64,000 nucleotides of DNA, taken from NCBI GenBank assembly GCA_011048995.1, contig DSCS01000026.1, forward strand, positions 2,765 through 66,764, read 5' to 3'. Below, one piece after another: positions 19,239 to 30,400 of the stretch (the stretch's first letter is position 1; every line of letters begins with the position of its first letter). A model generated the notes under the pieces. It had not been told where the DNA came from. It ran no database searches and saw only the letters and a program-made list of their open reading frames with translations. Both the position numbers and the translations under genes were made by a program. Source of the stretch: Bacillota bacterium (GTDB lineage: Bacteria; Macinerneyibacteriota; Macinerneyibacteria; Macinerneyibacteriales; DSCS01).

Positions 19239-21078
19239 GGATCTGTCCTTTTCCTTTGGAGCGGAGCGTCTCTTCTCAAACGTTTCTTTTTCCCTGGACG
19301 AAGGGATGAAATACGCTCTCGTGGGGAAAAACGGGACAGGCAAGACAACGCTTTTCAGGATTCTTAATGGTGAATTATCTCCGGATGAAGGACGGGTCTC
19401 TTTTTCTTCCGGCTTGAAACGAGGTTATTTTTCTCAAAACCCGCAGTTTACCGGCGGACATACTCTTCTTGATGAACTTTATACCAATTTCGCTTATTTG
19501 GAAGAGCTGCACAAAGCGGTTCACAAGGCCGCAGAAGAGATGATGCATTTGGAGTCAGCCGCTTTGCGCTATCAGCGTTTGTGGGATAGCTTTGTGCAAC
19601 AGGGAGGCCTGGACTATGAAACAGAGATAAAAAAAGTGTTGACGGGGCTTCGGCTCAACGACCTTGAAAGTGCTCCTGTCAGCAGGCTTAGCGGCGGGGA
19701 GAAGATCCGGCTGGCTTTAGCCAAACTTCTTCTTTCTAAACCTGATCTCATGCTTTTGGATGAACCGACCAATCATCTGGATATTGCCTCTGTCCGATGG
19801 TTGGCAGAGTATTTGAATTCTTTTAAAGGAGCCCTTCTTCTGGTTTCTCATGACCGCTTTCTCTTGGATAATGTGGCAACACGCGTCCTGGATCTGGAAA
19901 ACGGTTCTTTAAATCTTTATCGCGGCAACTATTCTCAATTCAAAGAACAGAAAGAGCAGGATGCCGAATATCGTGAAAAGCAGTACCGGGAACAAAAGAA
20001 GGAAGTCATGGAATTAGAAGCCTATATAAGGAAATATAAGGCCGGCAACAGGTCCACAATGGCGAAAAGCCGTGAAAAAAGGCTGAATAAAATGACTGTA
20101 ATCGACAGGCCGGCCTCTTTTGAATACCGTGTGAAACTTGATCTTAACGGTTTCCATGAGAGCGGACAGGAAGTTTTGAAGATCTCAACCCTTCCGGTAC
20201 GGGACTTGTATACCGTAAAAGGACTGCATGTACGCAGAGGGGATAAAATCGGGATTATCGGCCCCAACGGCTCGGGAAAGACATCTTTTTTCAGGGCTGT
20301 TCAGGAGGCTGTTCCTGCCGTTCGATGGGGGCATAACGTCAGAATCGCTTTTTTCGACCAGAGTTTGACTCTTTTAGAGGAGAATATAGCGCTTACTGAT
20401 TATTTAAACCGTTTTTTTGACCTGGACGACTTTGAAGCCCGTAAAGTTTTAGGCCAATTCCATTTTACCGGAGAAGAAGCCGATAAGACGGTCTCCGCTC
20501 TCAGTGGCGGCGAGCGTTCCCGCTTTAAGCTGCTGACACTGACCTTGGAATCCCCCAATGTCATCATGATGGATGAGCCGACAAATCATCTGGATATGGA
20601 GTTTATTCATCTGCTGGAGGAGGCCTTGACCCGCTATCAGGGAACACTTTTTCTCATATCTCATGACATATATTTTCTTGAAAAAATCTGCCACAGTTAT
20701 ATCCGCATCGCTGACGGAGCTTTTGAAAAGGGAGACAGCACTCTTCTGGAGAAGGAGAAAGAGGGGCGAAGCTGCAGAGGATCAGAGGAGAAAGAAGAGG
20801 AGAGTGTCGAGAAAGAAACGGATTATATTCGGTTGAAAAAGGAAAGGAACAAATACAAACGGCTGAAGCGTGATATTGAAAAATGTGAAGAGCAGATTCA
20901 TCTTGACGAGGAAGAGCTTAAAACTCTGGAAGAAAAGATGCATGCTTTAGGAGAGAGACTGGGTTCTGTTCAGGAGATGGAGAATGAAAGACGTGTGATA
21001 AAAGACAGATTGGATCATTTATACACCCAATGGGGAAAACTCCATCAGGAAACAGAAAAGGCCTCATTCAATGATTGA
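19219..21078 (+). CDS. ABC-F family ATPase (tandem ABC domains, no TMD, C-terminal coiled coil), Uup/YheS-like
   Basis: Two sets of Walker A (GKNGTGKTT, GPNGSGKTS) and ABC signature (LSGGE) motifs. 619 aa. Confidence 0.85.
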   Translation: MALLTAKDLSFSFGAERLFSNVSFSLDEGMKYALVGKNGTGKTTLFRILNGELSPDEGRVSFSSGLKRGYFSQNPQFTGGHTLLDELYTNFAYLEELHKAVHKAAEEMMHLESAALRYQRLWDSFVQQGGLDYETEIKKVLTGLRLNDLESAPVSRLSGGEKIRLALAKLLLSKPDLMLLDEPTNHLDIASVRWLAEYLNSFKGALLLVSHDRFLLDNVATRVLDLENGSLNLYRGNYSQFKEQKEQDAEYREKQYREQKKEVMELEAYIRKYKAGNRSTMAKSREKRLNKMTVIDRPASFEYRVKLDLNGFHESGQEVLKISTLPVRDLYTVKGLHVRRGDKIGIIGPNGSGKTSFFRAVQEAVPAVRWGHNVRIAFFDQSLTLLEENIALTDYLNRFFDLDDFEARKVLGQFHFTGEEADKTVSALSGGERSRFKLLTLTLESPNVIMMDEPTNHLDMEFIHLLEEALTRYQGTLFLISHDIYFLEKICHSYIRIADGAFEKGDSTLLEKEKEGRSCRGSEEKEEESVEKETDYIRLKKERNKYKRLKRDIEKCEEQIHLDEEELKTLEEKMHALGERLGSVQEMENERRVIKDRLDHLYTQWGKLHQETEKASFND

Positions 21079-21108
21079 CATTTTTTCAATTACAGCTATA
21101 TTTAATAC

Positions 21109-21393
21109 ATGGAATATAAAGTATTGCTTCTTTTCGCTCTTTATATTGTGATTTATCTCGTTAATTCCCGTTCCTTAAAAAAGGAAGAATTGGAAAAAAG
21201 CGCAGCTTCGCGCATACAAGCCCGGTGGATTTATTCTCTTATCCTTATTTTCGGATGGAATTTAATCATAGACGCGGTTCTTGTTTTGCGGAAAAATGAT
21301 GTTTCCCCGTGGATTCTGTTGGCTTTAGGGGGATTTTTTCTTGTTTTTTATACTTTTGTCGTTTTTTGGCAATACAGAACCCGCCGTAAATAA
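21109..21393 (+). CDS. Small hypothetical membrane protein (2-3 TM)
   Basis: Hydrophobic ORF of 94 aa; no recognisable family. Confidence 0.4.
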   Translation: MEYKVLLLFALYIVIYLVNSRSLKKEELEKSAASRIQARWIYSLILIFGWNLIIDAVLVLRKNDVSPWILLALGGFFLVFYTFVVFWQYRTRRK

Positions 21394-21404
21394 AAGGAGT
21401 GTCT

Positions 21405-23624
21405 ATGGCCATTTATATTTGTCCTCAATGCGGCGCAGACATTGAGTTAGAACACGGGTTGACCTGTGAGTACTGCGGATATGAAGTTCCCGGGAAAAAA
21501 TGCAGCCAATGTGGCCGGGATATCCCTGATGAAAGCATTATGTGCCCCCTTTGCGGAGCGCCTCAAAAAGGAGATTCTACTCCGTCAGCTCCGGAAGGTC
21601 TTGAAACTCCTGCATACGGAGAAGTCATATCCAATGTACCCCAAAGTACAGAGCTTCATGGCGGGGCATTTGAAGAGAAAGAGACGCATTTCGGCCATCA
21701 TGAAGAGATAGAGGAAATCATTGATGATCATGAAGAGATCGACGAGGCTGAATTTCTTGAGGAAACTGTCTCCGGAGAACCTGTTGATGAGGAAGAAATT
21801 CCTGTACAGGCTGAAGAGGAGACGTTGCCCTCAAAAGCTCTTGGAAATGAGGAGCCTGTTCCTTTGTCCATAGGGCATGATGAGGAAGTCCAGTATATGA
21901 CCTATAGCGAGACACAGAAAGAAGAGCGTCAGGCTGAAATTTTTGAAGAACCGGAAACTCCGGAAGAGAAGATCTGCGAAAGCTGCGGATTTGCTAATCC
22001 CACTATTGCTAAATTCTGCTTAAGTTGTGGTTCTCCGCTGGATGAGAAACCGCCTTTGCAAGAGGAACCGGAATCAGTCATCTGCCCCGATTGCGGGTTT
22101 GAAAACTCAAAAGATGCCCGTTTCTGTATGGTCTGCGGGGCAAAATTAGACAGAGAGGCCGTATCGGAAATGGCTTCGCGTCCTGATGTGAAGGAATCTC
22201 CTGCTGAGGTTCCCGTACAGAATATGTCTGCAGATCAGCATGCGCAGAAGCTCTTTAACGTGAAGATCACTTATGACAAAGAGAATAAATTTCAGCAGAA
22301 ATTTGTTTTTAATAAAATAAGGGAGAGTAACCATTCCATTGCTGAAAATGAATTGAATATGTTGATGTCCAACAATACATTTATGATCCAGGTGGAAGAG
22401 GACCGATTCCAGTCCTTACAGGCTGAGTTAGAGGATTTAGATTGTACGGTGGAAATGATCGGAGAAGAGATTTCGGGAGTGGAAACGAGCCCTTCTGAAG
22501 AGGATGAGCCTGTTGCCGCAGTCAAAGGCCCGGTGTCCTACTCTCTTCTTGTCAAGGGAATGAAGGGGCATGAACAATCCTGGAGGGAAAAATTCTTTAA
22601 GATGATTATGCTTATGATCCCCTCTATGACAGAAGAAATGGCCTGGCAGATTGCAGCGTCTGAAGAAAAACGCATCCCCATGGAGAATGAAGAGACAGCC
22701 AGGGATTTACAGAAGATCCTTTCGCGGATGGGGTGTATCACCCAGATCATTGAGCACAAAGGGCATCATCCTGCAGAAGAAGATGTGCAGATGAAAGAAA
22801 CGGCCGCCTCTGCTGAAGAAACCGTTGTTCAAAAAGAAAAGACGCCTCAGCCGGTATCTCCTGAAGAGAAAAAAACGTCTGCAAGGCCGGTAGATGATAA
22901 CATCGGGAAAGATGACCCGAGATACCTTATCCTGTCCGGGGTTGACAAAAGAAACTGGGTCGTCCGTGAAAAGCTTGCTGAATCCATTGTAGATATTTAT
23001 CCTAACATGACTCCGGACATCGCAGCAGGAATCGTTTCACAACCGGTAGTCAGGTTACGTGTCCAAAACCAGGATGATGCCGAGCGTCTGGGAAAACAGT
23101 TTGAGGAAATGGGTTGGAATATTCGAATCGAAGATGTTGCAACATTCAGTGATAAATCAAAAAAGACCGGTGCCACAGTAAGCCGGGTCGATGTGCAGCG
23201 GCGTAAAGCAGCCCGTTTGTCTTACTTGAAAAGAGAAAAGGGAAAAAGACGGAATTTTGTTACGACCATCATTATTACGATTATTGCTGTTGCGGCCCTA
23301 TTGATCGTCTACGACACTTATTTTAAGCCACGTTATTACGTGACTTTGCAAGCTGAAGCCAATCACCCGGAAGTCGCCTTTACGGCCAGCTCGGGAAGTT
23401 TTATCTACTTGAGAAAAGAACCGAGCCTCAGCGCCATGCGAGAAGATTACAGAGTGTCCCTTGACCAGACACTGCGTCTTTTCAGAAAGGACGCTCTTGT
23501 CGGTGAGGACGGCATGCAATATTATGAGGTCTATGTCCCCGGATTCCGCGCTCACCGGGCCTATCTTTTGGCGGAACTGGCTTTCAGGAGCGATGAAAAC
23601 GGGGCGCCTGTCGCCCTGGAATAA
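21405..23624 (+). CDS. Hypothetical protein with at least 5 CxxC...CxxC zinc-ribbon pairs, long acidic linkers, a TM helix near residue 610 and a roughly 100-aa C-terminal domain
   Basis: Repeated CPQCG/CSQCG/CPLCG/CESCG/CLSCG/CPDCG/CMVCG motifs. RBS AAGGAG before ATG 21405. Confidence 0.6.
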   Translation: MAIYICPQCGADIELEHGLTCEYCGYEVPGKKCSQCGRDIPDESIMCPLCGAPQKGDSTPSAPEGLETPAYGEVISNVPQSTELHGGAFEEKETHFGHHEEIEEIIDDHEEIDEAEFLEETVSGEPVDEEEIPVQAEEETLPSKALGNEEPVPLSIGHDEEVQYMTYSETQKEERQAEIFEEPETPEEKICESCGFANPTIAKFCLSCGSPLDEKPPLQEEPESVICPDCGFENSKDARFCMVCGAKLDREAVSEMASRPDVKESPAEVPVQNMSADQHAQKLFNVKITYDKENKFQQKFVFNKIRESNHSIAENELNMLMSNNTFMIQVEEDRFQSLQAELEDLDCTVEMIGEEISGVETSPSEEDEPVAAVKGPVSYSLLVKGMKGHEQSWREKFFKMIMLMIPSMTEEMAWQIAASEEKRIPMENEETARDLQKILSRMGCITQIIEHKGHHPAEEDVQMKETAASAEETVVQKEKTPQPVSPEEKKTSARPVDDNIGKDDPRYLILSGVDKRNWVVREKLAESIVDIYPNMTPDIAAGIVSQPVVRLRVQNQDDAERLGKQFEEMGWNIRIEDVATFSDKSKKTGATVSRVDVQRRKAARLSYLKREKGKRRNFVTTIIITIIAVAALLIVYDTYFKPRYYVTLQAEANHPEVAFTASSGSFIYLRKEPSLSAMREDYRVSLDQTLRLFRKDALVGEDGMQYYEVYVPGFRAHRAYLLAELAFRSDENGAPVALE

Positions 23625-23631
23625 GAAATCA

Positions 23632-23657
23632 GGGGGTTTCGGCCCCCTTTTTGTTTT
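23632..23657 (+). terminator. Rho-independent terminator
   Basis: GGGGGTTTCGGCCCCC hairpin plus T-run. Confidence 0.7.
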
Positions 23658-23660
23658 AGT

Positions 23661-24815
23661 ATGCGTTTGTTTTCTGTGGCTCTTTTTACAGATCATTTCT
23701 TTGTCGGACTTTTCCTTCTTCTGGCTGCTCTTTCAGCCAGGAACGTTATGGAGTTTCGTGAACCGTTGTTCCTGCTTGTTCTAGCCGCTGAGTCATTTCT
23801 GCTTTCCCTGCTTTCCAGGTCCCCAAGATTGAAAGCCTTTTTTTCCTCTGTAATGATTTTTTTTCTTTTTTTATTTGTTTTTTCCCGGCATACGGGATTT
23901 CGCCTTCGTTCTCCTTTTTTTTTATCAGCCTATTTTATAGAAAAAATGGATTATTTTAAAAATATGGAGGTGTATGGATTTGTCAAAGCTCTGGCGACTG
24001 GTAACCGATCTGCCCTTTCAGCTCCATTAAAAGCGTTATTCTCCAGGACGGGAAGCTATCATCTTATTGCAATAAGCGGCCTGCATTTCGGGATTGCAGC
24101 TTCTCTTCTCATTGGATTGCTGTGTCGTATTAGAAAAAGAACGCGGATTATTATTCTTTTTTTGCTCTTGACTCTTTATCTCCTTTTGACCGACTTTTAT
24201 GTTTCCGCCCTGCGTGCCTATCTCATGATCGCCTACGGTCTGGTCTCGGCCTATATGAATTTTCGAATCGAGCCTCTCAACGCGTGGGCTTTGGCGACTT
24301 CCCTGATTCTTTTTTTTCAACCGTTTGCTTTTTTTTCTGTCGGATTCTGGATGAGTGTTCTGGCGACTTTCGGTATTTTGGTTGTATTGCCGGCTTTGTC
24401 CCTCATCAAGGGGTTTGCGTTGAAGATAATGACAATTTCTCTCATGGCTCAGCTCCCTTTGATCCCGATTTTAGGAATGTATTTCGGCCGGTTGAATCTC
24501 GCTTCCCCTTTGATGAGTCTTCTTGCTCTGATCTTTATCTATCCCCTCGTTGCCATTGGTTTTATGCTCCTGTTTCCGCTTCCACACTTTCTGGCGAAAG
24601 CATTCGTTTTTGCTGAAGAGCATTTAGCAGCATGGTTCCTCCATTTTCTTTCATTATTTGATAATGAAGGGAATTGTCTGTCCTTTTCGTTCACACGGCA
24701 GCACGCTTTTCTTTATTGGGGGATCTATATTTTGGGAATTCTTATTTTAATCTGGATTTATCATAGAAAAGGTCAAAGAAAGCAAAAAATAAAAGGCGGA
24801 CATTGCGTCCGATAG
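23661..24815 (+). CDS. ComEC/Rec2-like competence membrane protein, core Competence domain only (no C-terminal metallo-beta-lactamase domain). N-terminal start uncertain
   Basis: LIAISGLHFGI motif and polytopic membrane profile of PF03772. Length 384 aa versus about 750 aa for full ComEC. Confidence 0.6.
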   Translation: MRLFSVALFTDHFFVGLFLLLAALSARNVMEFREPLFLLVLAAESFLLSLLSRSPRLKAFFSSVMIFFLFLFVFSRHTGFRLRSPFFLSAYFIEKMDYFKNMEVYGFVKALATGNRSALSAPLKALFSRTGSYHLIAISGLHFGIAASLLIGLLCRIRKRTRIIILFLLLTLYLLLTDFYVSALRAYLMIAYGLVSAYMNFRIEPLNAWALATSLILFFQPFAFFSVGFWMSVLATFGILVVLPALSLIKGFALKIMTISLMAQLPLIPILGMYFGRLNLASPLMSLLALIFIYPLVAIGFMLLFPLPHFLAKAFVFAEEHLAAWFLHFLSLFDNEGNCLSFSFTRQHAFLYWGIYILGILILIWIYHRKGQRKQKIKGGHCVR

Positions 24816-26205
24816 TTTTGTCGTCGATCAGAGTCGAGCGGTCATTCATCGTATTGCGCTCGGGGCCGGCTTCTCCGCGTATATAAAGAGAAGGGATACC
24901 GAGTGGGGAAAAGATCTGGCCTTCTCCGAAAGTGCCTTTGGACATTGTGAGAGAAAGGCCATAAGAGAGTTCCATCTGAGCCTCTTCCAACAATCGGGTG
25001 AGTGCAGGGTGATCCAGACCGCCTTCAATATGAAGAACCGGGCGGAAAGAGCCTGTTGAGTCCAGGCTGATGAATATCCGGGTATTAAAGCTGTCGAAAA
25101 AGAGAGATTCTCTCAATTCAACGGCTCCTTTATACCCTTGATGAGAGCCGGACAAAAAAACGAAGTAGATATTGGATTTTCTTGCTTCAGGGGGCAGGGC
25201 TGCTGCTAACCGGGCCAGATTAAGGGCTGTTACAGCTCCTGAGGCGTTAAAGACAGCACTTTCATAGACCAAGTCATCGCTCTGCTGTCCTAAACCGTCT
25301 AACGAGGCTGTTATCACAATATTACGGGGAGAGGAGATATGGGGTGCAGCCGGCAGGTAGCCGATAACATTTGTCGTGCGTTTATTCCCCCATACCATGG
25401 TAAAGTCCAGGTTAAGTCGGCTTTCAAAATCAAGAGGGAAATGGACGCGTGAACGGTCGATATCGTTTTTTACAGCGATGAGATCAATCCCTTCCCGTTG
25501 AAGTAATTTCATGAGAAAAGAGCGCCCGGCGATGAGCTGGGGAAAGTTTTTGAGGTCAAGCCCGGAAGGGATATAGGAAAAGTTGCGGCATTCAGCTGCT
25601 GTCTGAGCTTCTGTATCGACAAAAACAACACCCAGGGCGCCTCTGTTTTTGGCAATATAGGCCCGGTAGGCGGGGACAGAGTATTGGGGGTGATGGCTCA
25701 AAGCATGGGCAGGAATATCATGCAGCAGGATCACAATTTTTCCGGTGACGTCGCAGTTCAGATATTCGTTTAAGGGGCCGGAACCTTCTGCAAAACCATA
25801 CCCGACGAAAACAAGAGGAGCCTGGCTGAGTGAAGTGCCTTCTGATGTCAGGGCTATGGCGAAATCGACTCCGTGTTTGAGAGGGATACCGCTGAGAGAC
25901 GCCTTGACGGCTGATTCCAGAGAGGGAGCTTCCAGAGAATAGTACTGATAGAAATGCTCCAGAAAAGGAGGCGGGAGAAGACCGGCTTGTTCGAGTTGAA
26001 AAGCCGCATATTCAGCGGCACGGTCATACCCCCGGCTTCCGGAAAGACGGCCTTCAGTAAAGTCGTTGACAAACCCTTTGATATCAGAATGGATCTGATT
26101 GACATTTTCCCAATGTTGAAGATAAGCCTTTTTATAGGCAAAACGGTCCCCGCTGCGACAGGAGAAGAGAAGAAACGGAATCAATAAGAAGAGAATTCTT
26201 TTCAT
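24742..26205 (-). CDS. M28-family peptidase/aminopeptidase-like lipoprotein with a PA-like insert. The assignment is tentative
   Basis: Signal peptide with lipobox LLFSC. Zn-peptidase-like segments (SGSHQGYKGAVE). The 3' end overlaps convergent comEC-like gene by 74 nt. Confidence 0.45.
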   Translation of the reverse strand: MKRILFLLIPFLLFSCRSGDRFAYKKAYLQHWENVNQIHSDIKGFVNDFTEGRLSGSRGYDRAAEYAAFQLEQAGLLPPPFLEHFYQYYSLEAPSLESAVKASLSGIPLKHGVDFAIALTSEGTSLSQAPLVFVGYGFAEGSGPLNEYLNCDVTGKIVILLHDIPAHALSHHPQYSVPAYRAYIAKNRGALGVVFVDTEAQTAAECRNFSYIPSGLDLKNFPQLIAGRSFLMKLLQREGIDLIAVKNDIDRSRVHFPLDFESRLNLDFTMVWGNKRTTNVIGYLPAAPHISSPRNIVITASLDGLGQQSDDLVYESAVFNASGAVTALNLARLAAALPPEARKSNIYFVFLSGSHQGYKGAVELRESLFFDSFNTRIFISLDSTGSFRPVLHIEGGLDHPALTRLLEEAQMELSYGLSLTMSKGTFGEGQIFSPLGIPSLYIRGEAGPERNTMNDRSTLIDDKTIGRNVRLLFFAFFDLFYDKSRLK

Positions 26206-26312
26206 GTGTCTCATTATAAAAGAAGATCGATTCATTGCAAGGGGAAAGGAAACATCATATCATTTGATTTTTCAGGAAGATTTCTGTATAGTATAAAAGG
26301 TAAGGAGGAGAG

Positions 26313-27464
26313 ATGAAAAGTTTTATCTATCATCAGCCCACCCGACTTTTTTTTGGAAGAGGCCAGATCAAGCATTTAGGGAAAGAAGCCGCAAAATACG
26401 GAGAAAAAGCCCTGCTTGTCTATGGAGGGGGAAGCATAAAAAAAAATATGATCTTTGATGCAGTTGTCAGAGAGCTTGAAAAATACGGAATTGAATATAA
26501 AGAATTGGGTGAGGTATCCCCCAACCCTGTTTTACAGCGGGTAAAAGAGGGCATTCGCCTGGCGCGGGAACAGAAAAGCGACCTTGTCCTTGCTGTCGGA
26601 GGCGGAAGCGTCTTGGATACGGCAAAAGCGATTGCGGCGGGAGTCTTTGCCACAGGGGATGTGTGGAGCATGTTCACGGGGCAGGAGCCCATTACCAGGG
26701 CCCTTCCGATCGGGACAGTCCTTACTATAGCAGCCACCGGGTCTGAAGCCAATGCCCATGCTGTTATCACTTATGAAACCGAGGCAAAAAAATGTGCTAT
26801 TCATTCTGAGATGATTATTCCACGGTTTTCCATTATGGATCCGGAATACACATTTACTGTCTCTCCCCGACAGACGGCTGCGGGAGTGGCGGATATTATG
26901 GCCCATTTGTTCGAACAGTATTTTTCTCCGGATCCCGATGCCGTTGTTACGGATTACCTGACAGAGGCTTTACTGAAAATCTGCGTGGAGATGGGGCCGC
27001 AAGCTCACAAAGAGGGAGAGAATATGAAAGCCCGTGCAAATCTTATGTGGGCTTCGACTTTGGCGCTGAACGGCCTTATGAGTCTGGGAAAACGGACAGA
27101 TTGGGCTCTTCATAAATTAAGTCATGAGCTCAGTGCCCGCTATGATATGATTCACGGGGAGACTTTCTCCATCCTTTATCCGGCCTGGATGCGTTATGTA
27201 GCCGATGCGGACGCATTGAATCGTTTTGCGCATTTGGGAAAAGTACTTTTCGGGGAGAAAGCGAACTCTTCTTCCGCATTTATTGAACATCTGGAGACTT
27301 TTTATCAAAGCCTGGGCCTTCCTCTTCATCTGAGCGAGCGCGGAATCGGTCCTGACAGGTTCGAAGAGATGGCGTCTAATATTATTGATCTCTACGGCCT
27401 TATCGGGATCTTTAAACGGCTTGATTATCATGACATTGTCCGTATTTTTCAAATGGCTCTTTGA
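26313..27464 (+). CDS. Iron-containing (group III) alcohol dehydrogenase
   Basis: GGGSVLDTAKAIA NAD-binding motif. 383 aa. Confidence 0.85.
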   Translation: MKSFIYHQPTRLFFGRGQIKHLGKEAAKYGEKALLVYGGGSIKKNMIFDAVVRELEKYGIEYKELGEVSPNPVLQRVKEGIRLAREQKSDLVLAVGGGSVLDTAKAIAAGVFATGDVWSMFTGQEPITRALPIGTVLTIAATGSEANAHAVITYETEAKKCAIHSEMIIPRFSIMDPEYTFTVSPRQTAAGVADIMAHLFEQYFSPDPDAVVTDYLTEALLKICVEMGPQAHKEGENMKARANLMWASTLALNGLMSLGKRTDWALHKLSHELSARYDMIHGETFSILYPAWMRYVADADALNRFAHLGKVLFGEKANSSSAFIEHLETFYQSLGLPLHLSERGIGPDRFEEMASNIIDLYGLIGIFKRLDYHDIVRIFQMAL

Positions 27465-27475
27465 AGAAGGGATTT

Positions 27476-30400
27476 ATGAAGATTATCAATGACAGATATG
27501 AATTAAGAAAGAAAATGGCCGAAGAGGGGAATACTTCCTTTTATCTGGCCCGGGACCGTTTTAAAAGCAAGGCGGTCCTGTTGCGGATTTTTGATACGAT
27601 GAGGGATGTTCTGGACAAGTTCGCTTCCTATCATCAGCTTATAAGGGTTAAGCATCCGTCGCTTTTGGAGTATTATAATTATGAGAAGGTTTGGTTTTTT
27701 GATGAAAAAATGACCTATTCCAACTATTATATTTTAATCAGCGAATATGTGTCCCGCGAAAGTTTTGCCGGACTTTTGGAAAAGGGGAATTTTTCCGAAG
27801 ATGAGGTCATGGAGCTCATGAGCCATTTCTGGAAGGCCCTTTTTTACCTGTATAAACAAAAGCTTTATATTTACGACTTTCCCGAAATGAGCCTTATTAT
27901 TCAGCAGAGAAAACGATTGAAGATCGATCTGTTGGGCTTGGATGTCTCATCCTCTTTTGAATCGGAAAAATTTTTGGGGTTATGCCGCTCCATAGCCGGG
28001 TTTCTTGAAACCTATCCGTATCCTTCAAAGCGCCTGGACGATTACAGGCGCCGCCTTTCTTCGTTTTCCGGTGCATCATTGGGGGAGTGGTTCGATGAAA
28101 TGGAAGCGGGTGGTTTCTTCAAGGGAAACCGCTATTCCTATTTTTATGAAAAAAAAGAGTGGTCAGCCTGTGAGATGGGACTCTCCCTTCATTCTGAAAT
28201 CTTGCGGGATCTTTACACGTTCCAGTCCAGAAGAAATTCGAAAATTGCGTTTATATTCTTTGGAGATACAAGTTCTTTAAAAGAAGTCGTGATCCGAGAT
28301 TTCCTTGAATTCCTTAAATATGAAAAATATTTAAAAATTGAGATCATCATGCAGGATTTCTATGATTTTTTGAAATATCTTTTTGAATGTGTCAGTCATT
28401 ACCGTCTCCGGGAGGATTTGAATAAAATTATCACCCGTCAATTCAGCCTTTACAATGAGACGCTGAATGAGCAATACCTCCTTAATGTCCAGTCCTATCT
28501 TTTGGAGCTTCTGTTTGATTTTTCTATTACAAAAAAAGTGGTGCTGCATGTCCAGAATATTGTGGGGATGGATGACAAGATCAACCGTTTTCTGAATATG
28601 ATGCTTCATGTCAAACAACGGGGCAATATTGTCTTTCTTTTTGACGCCGGAATGGAAAAAAACCGTTTTCATGTCTTTTATAAAGATCCCCGATTTGAAA
28701 TTGTAACCAAAGAGTACTCACGGCTGTCTCACGAGGAAGTCAGGAGCATGCTGGCGCATCTTTTTGACAATGGTATTTCTCTGGAACCCTTGGAAAACCT
28801 GCTGCTTCATTATGAAATCAACCGTGCAGAAAAGGTTATCGGGTTTATTCAGAAAATGGTGGAAAAAAATCTTCTTTCTATTGATGATAAGCACAAGATC
28901 CTTTTTATTAATTCGGCGGGGGTGGAGAAGTCTCTCCCTTATTTGCTGGCCGATGACAGCCTGGATAAAAAAGTCCGTTATCTGCGCAGGGAAGAAAAGG
29001 AGATCCTCTGGTATCTGAGTCATAGCCGGAAAATTATGAAATTGGATGAACTGATAAGCCTCCTTCAATGCGATCAGGAAGAGGCTTTGGCTTTTTTGGG
29101 CTCATTGCGTGCCCACGCTTATATCGATGAGATCTGGGAACAGGAAACGGCCTATTACCGCATCGTGCGCAATGATCTCAAAGAATATTTTTTAAAGAAC
29201 AGCCTTGAAGAAGCCTCTGATTTTCGGGAAAAGTTTATCGTCTTTTTAGAAAATCAGAAAGCCGATCCTCTTCAGGCTATGAATCTTATCCAGATCCATA
29301 TGGAGTTAGAAGCTTATTCCAAAGCCCTGGAAAACATTTCACGATTGTTGAAAATATACCATTTAGGGATAAATGACATGAATGAACTGCAAGCATGGCT
29401 GGAACGCATCGGCAGGGAAGAGGGACGTGTTGACATGCGTCTTTATCAGCAGACACGCCTGCATCTGATGCTTGCCATCGGCGATGAGAAAGGGATTCAG
29501 GCATTTGTTTCGGATCATGTGCAATTGAAACAGTTTTTGAAAGAAAAAGAGAAAAGGCTTTTTTCTGTCTACCTGGTGATTCGCGCCTTAGAGGGTTTTA
29601 TCGGCCGGGGGACAGGAGCGACTTCACAGCTTCGACGGCTTAAGCGAAAGATCGAACGCTGGCCTGAGAATCCGGATCTTCTCTTCCTTATGCATTATAT
29701 TGATTATCTTGTCGCACCCTCATCAGAGAAAGAGTCCCGGGGAGAGGCTCTTCTGAACGCTCTTGTGTCCGGAATGCCCTGGTTTCTTTATCAATCGGCC
29801 CTTTTGACAGCCACGGATTTTTATGTGGCCGGTTCTTATGAGCGGGTACGCCGTCAATTGGAAAGGTTTCTTTCCCTTTTGGAGACAGAAGATACAAGTG
29901 ATGAATTATCCGCTGTGGTTATTCAGGCTTTTTTTCTTATGGGCAATATCAACCTGAATACGGGTGATGCCTCTAAAGCGTTAGGATATTATGAAAGAGC
30001 GTTAGAAATGGCCCGGGACATGGGCAGCTACAGAGACCAGATCAAAGCCCATAATAATATTGCCAGTGCCAAATATTATATCGGATATTCTTATGAAACG
30101 ATTATCTATGAATTGAACAAGTCCGTGAATCTGGGGAAAAAGTCTGGAGATGAAATCAGTATTGTGGTTCCTCTTTCAAATATAGCTGAATTGTATGCGG
30201 ATAATTTCTACTATAAAGAGGCCTACAAAACCATTGCCGAAGCTATGCGTTACGTCAAGAAAAGCGATGCCCGGCGCTATCTTGTTGTTCTGGATCAGCT
30301 GATTGCAATTATTATTCAAATGGGAGATTATAAAAAAGCGCGATATTTGAGCTCATTGATGAAAAAAAGCGCAAAATCAGCTACTTATTGGCAATATTTG

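Noticed and set aside
23661-23945. Whether the first 95 codons of the comEC-like ORF are real
   Set aside because: Kept in the feature because the segment is hydrophobic (consistent with the N-terminal membrane domain of ComEC). However, it is partly low-complexity (poly-F/L from T-rich DNA), so the start is flagged uncertain rather than rejected outright.
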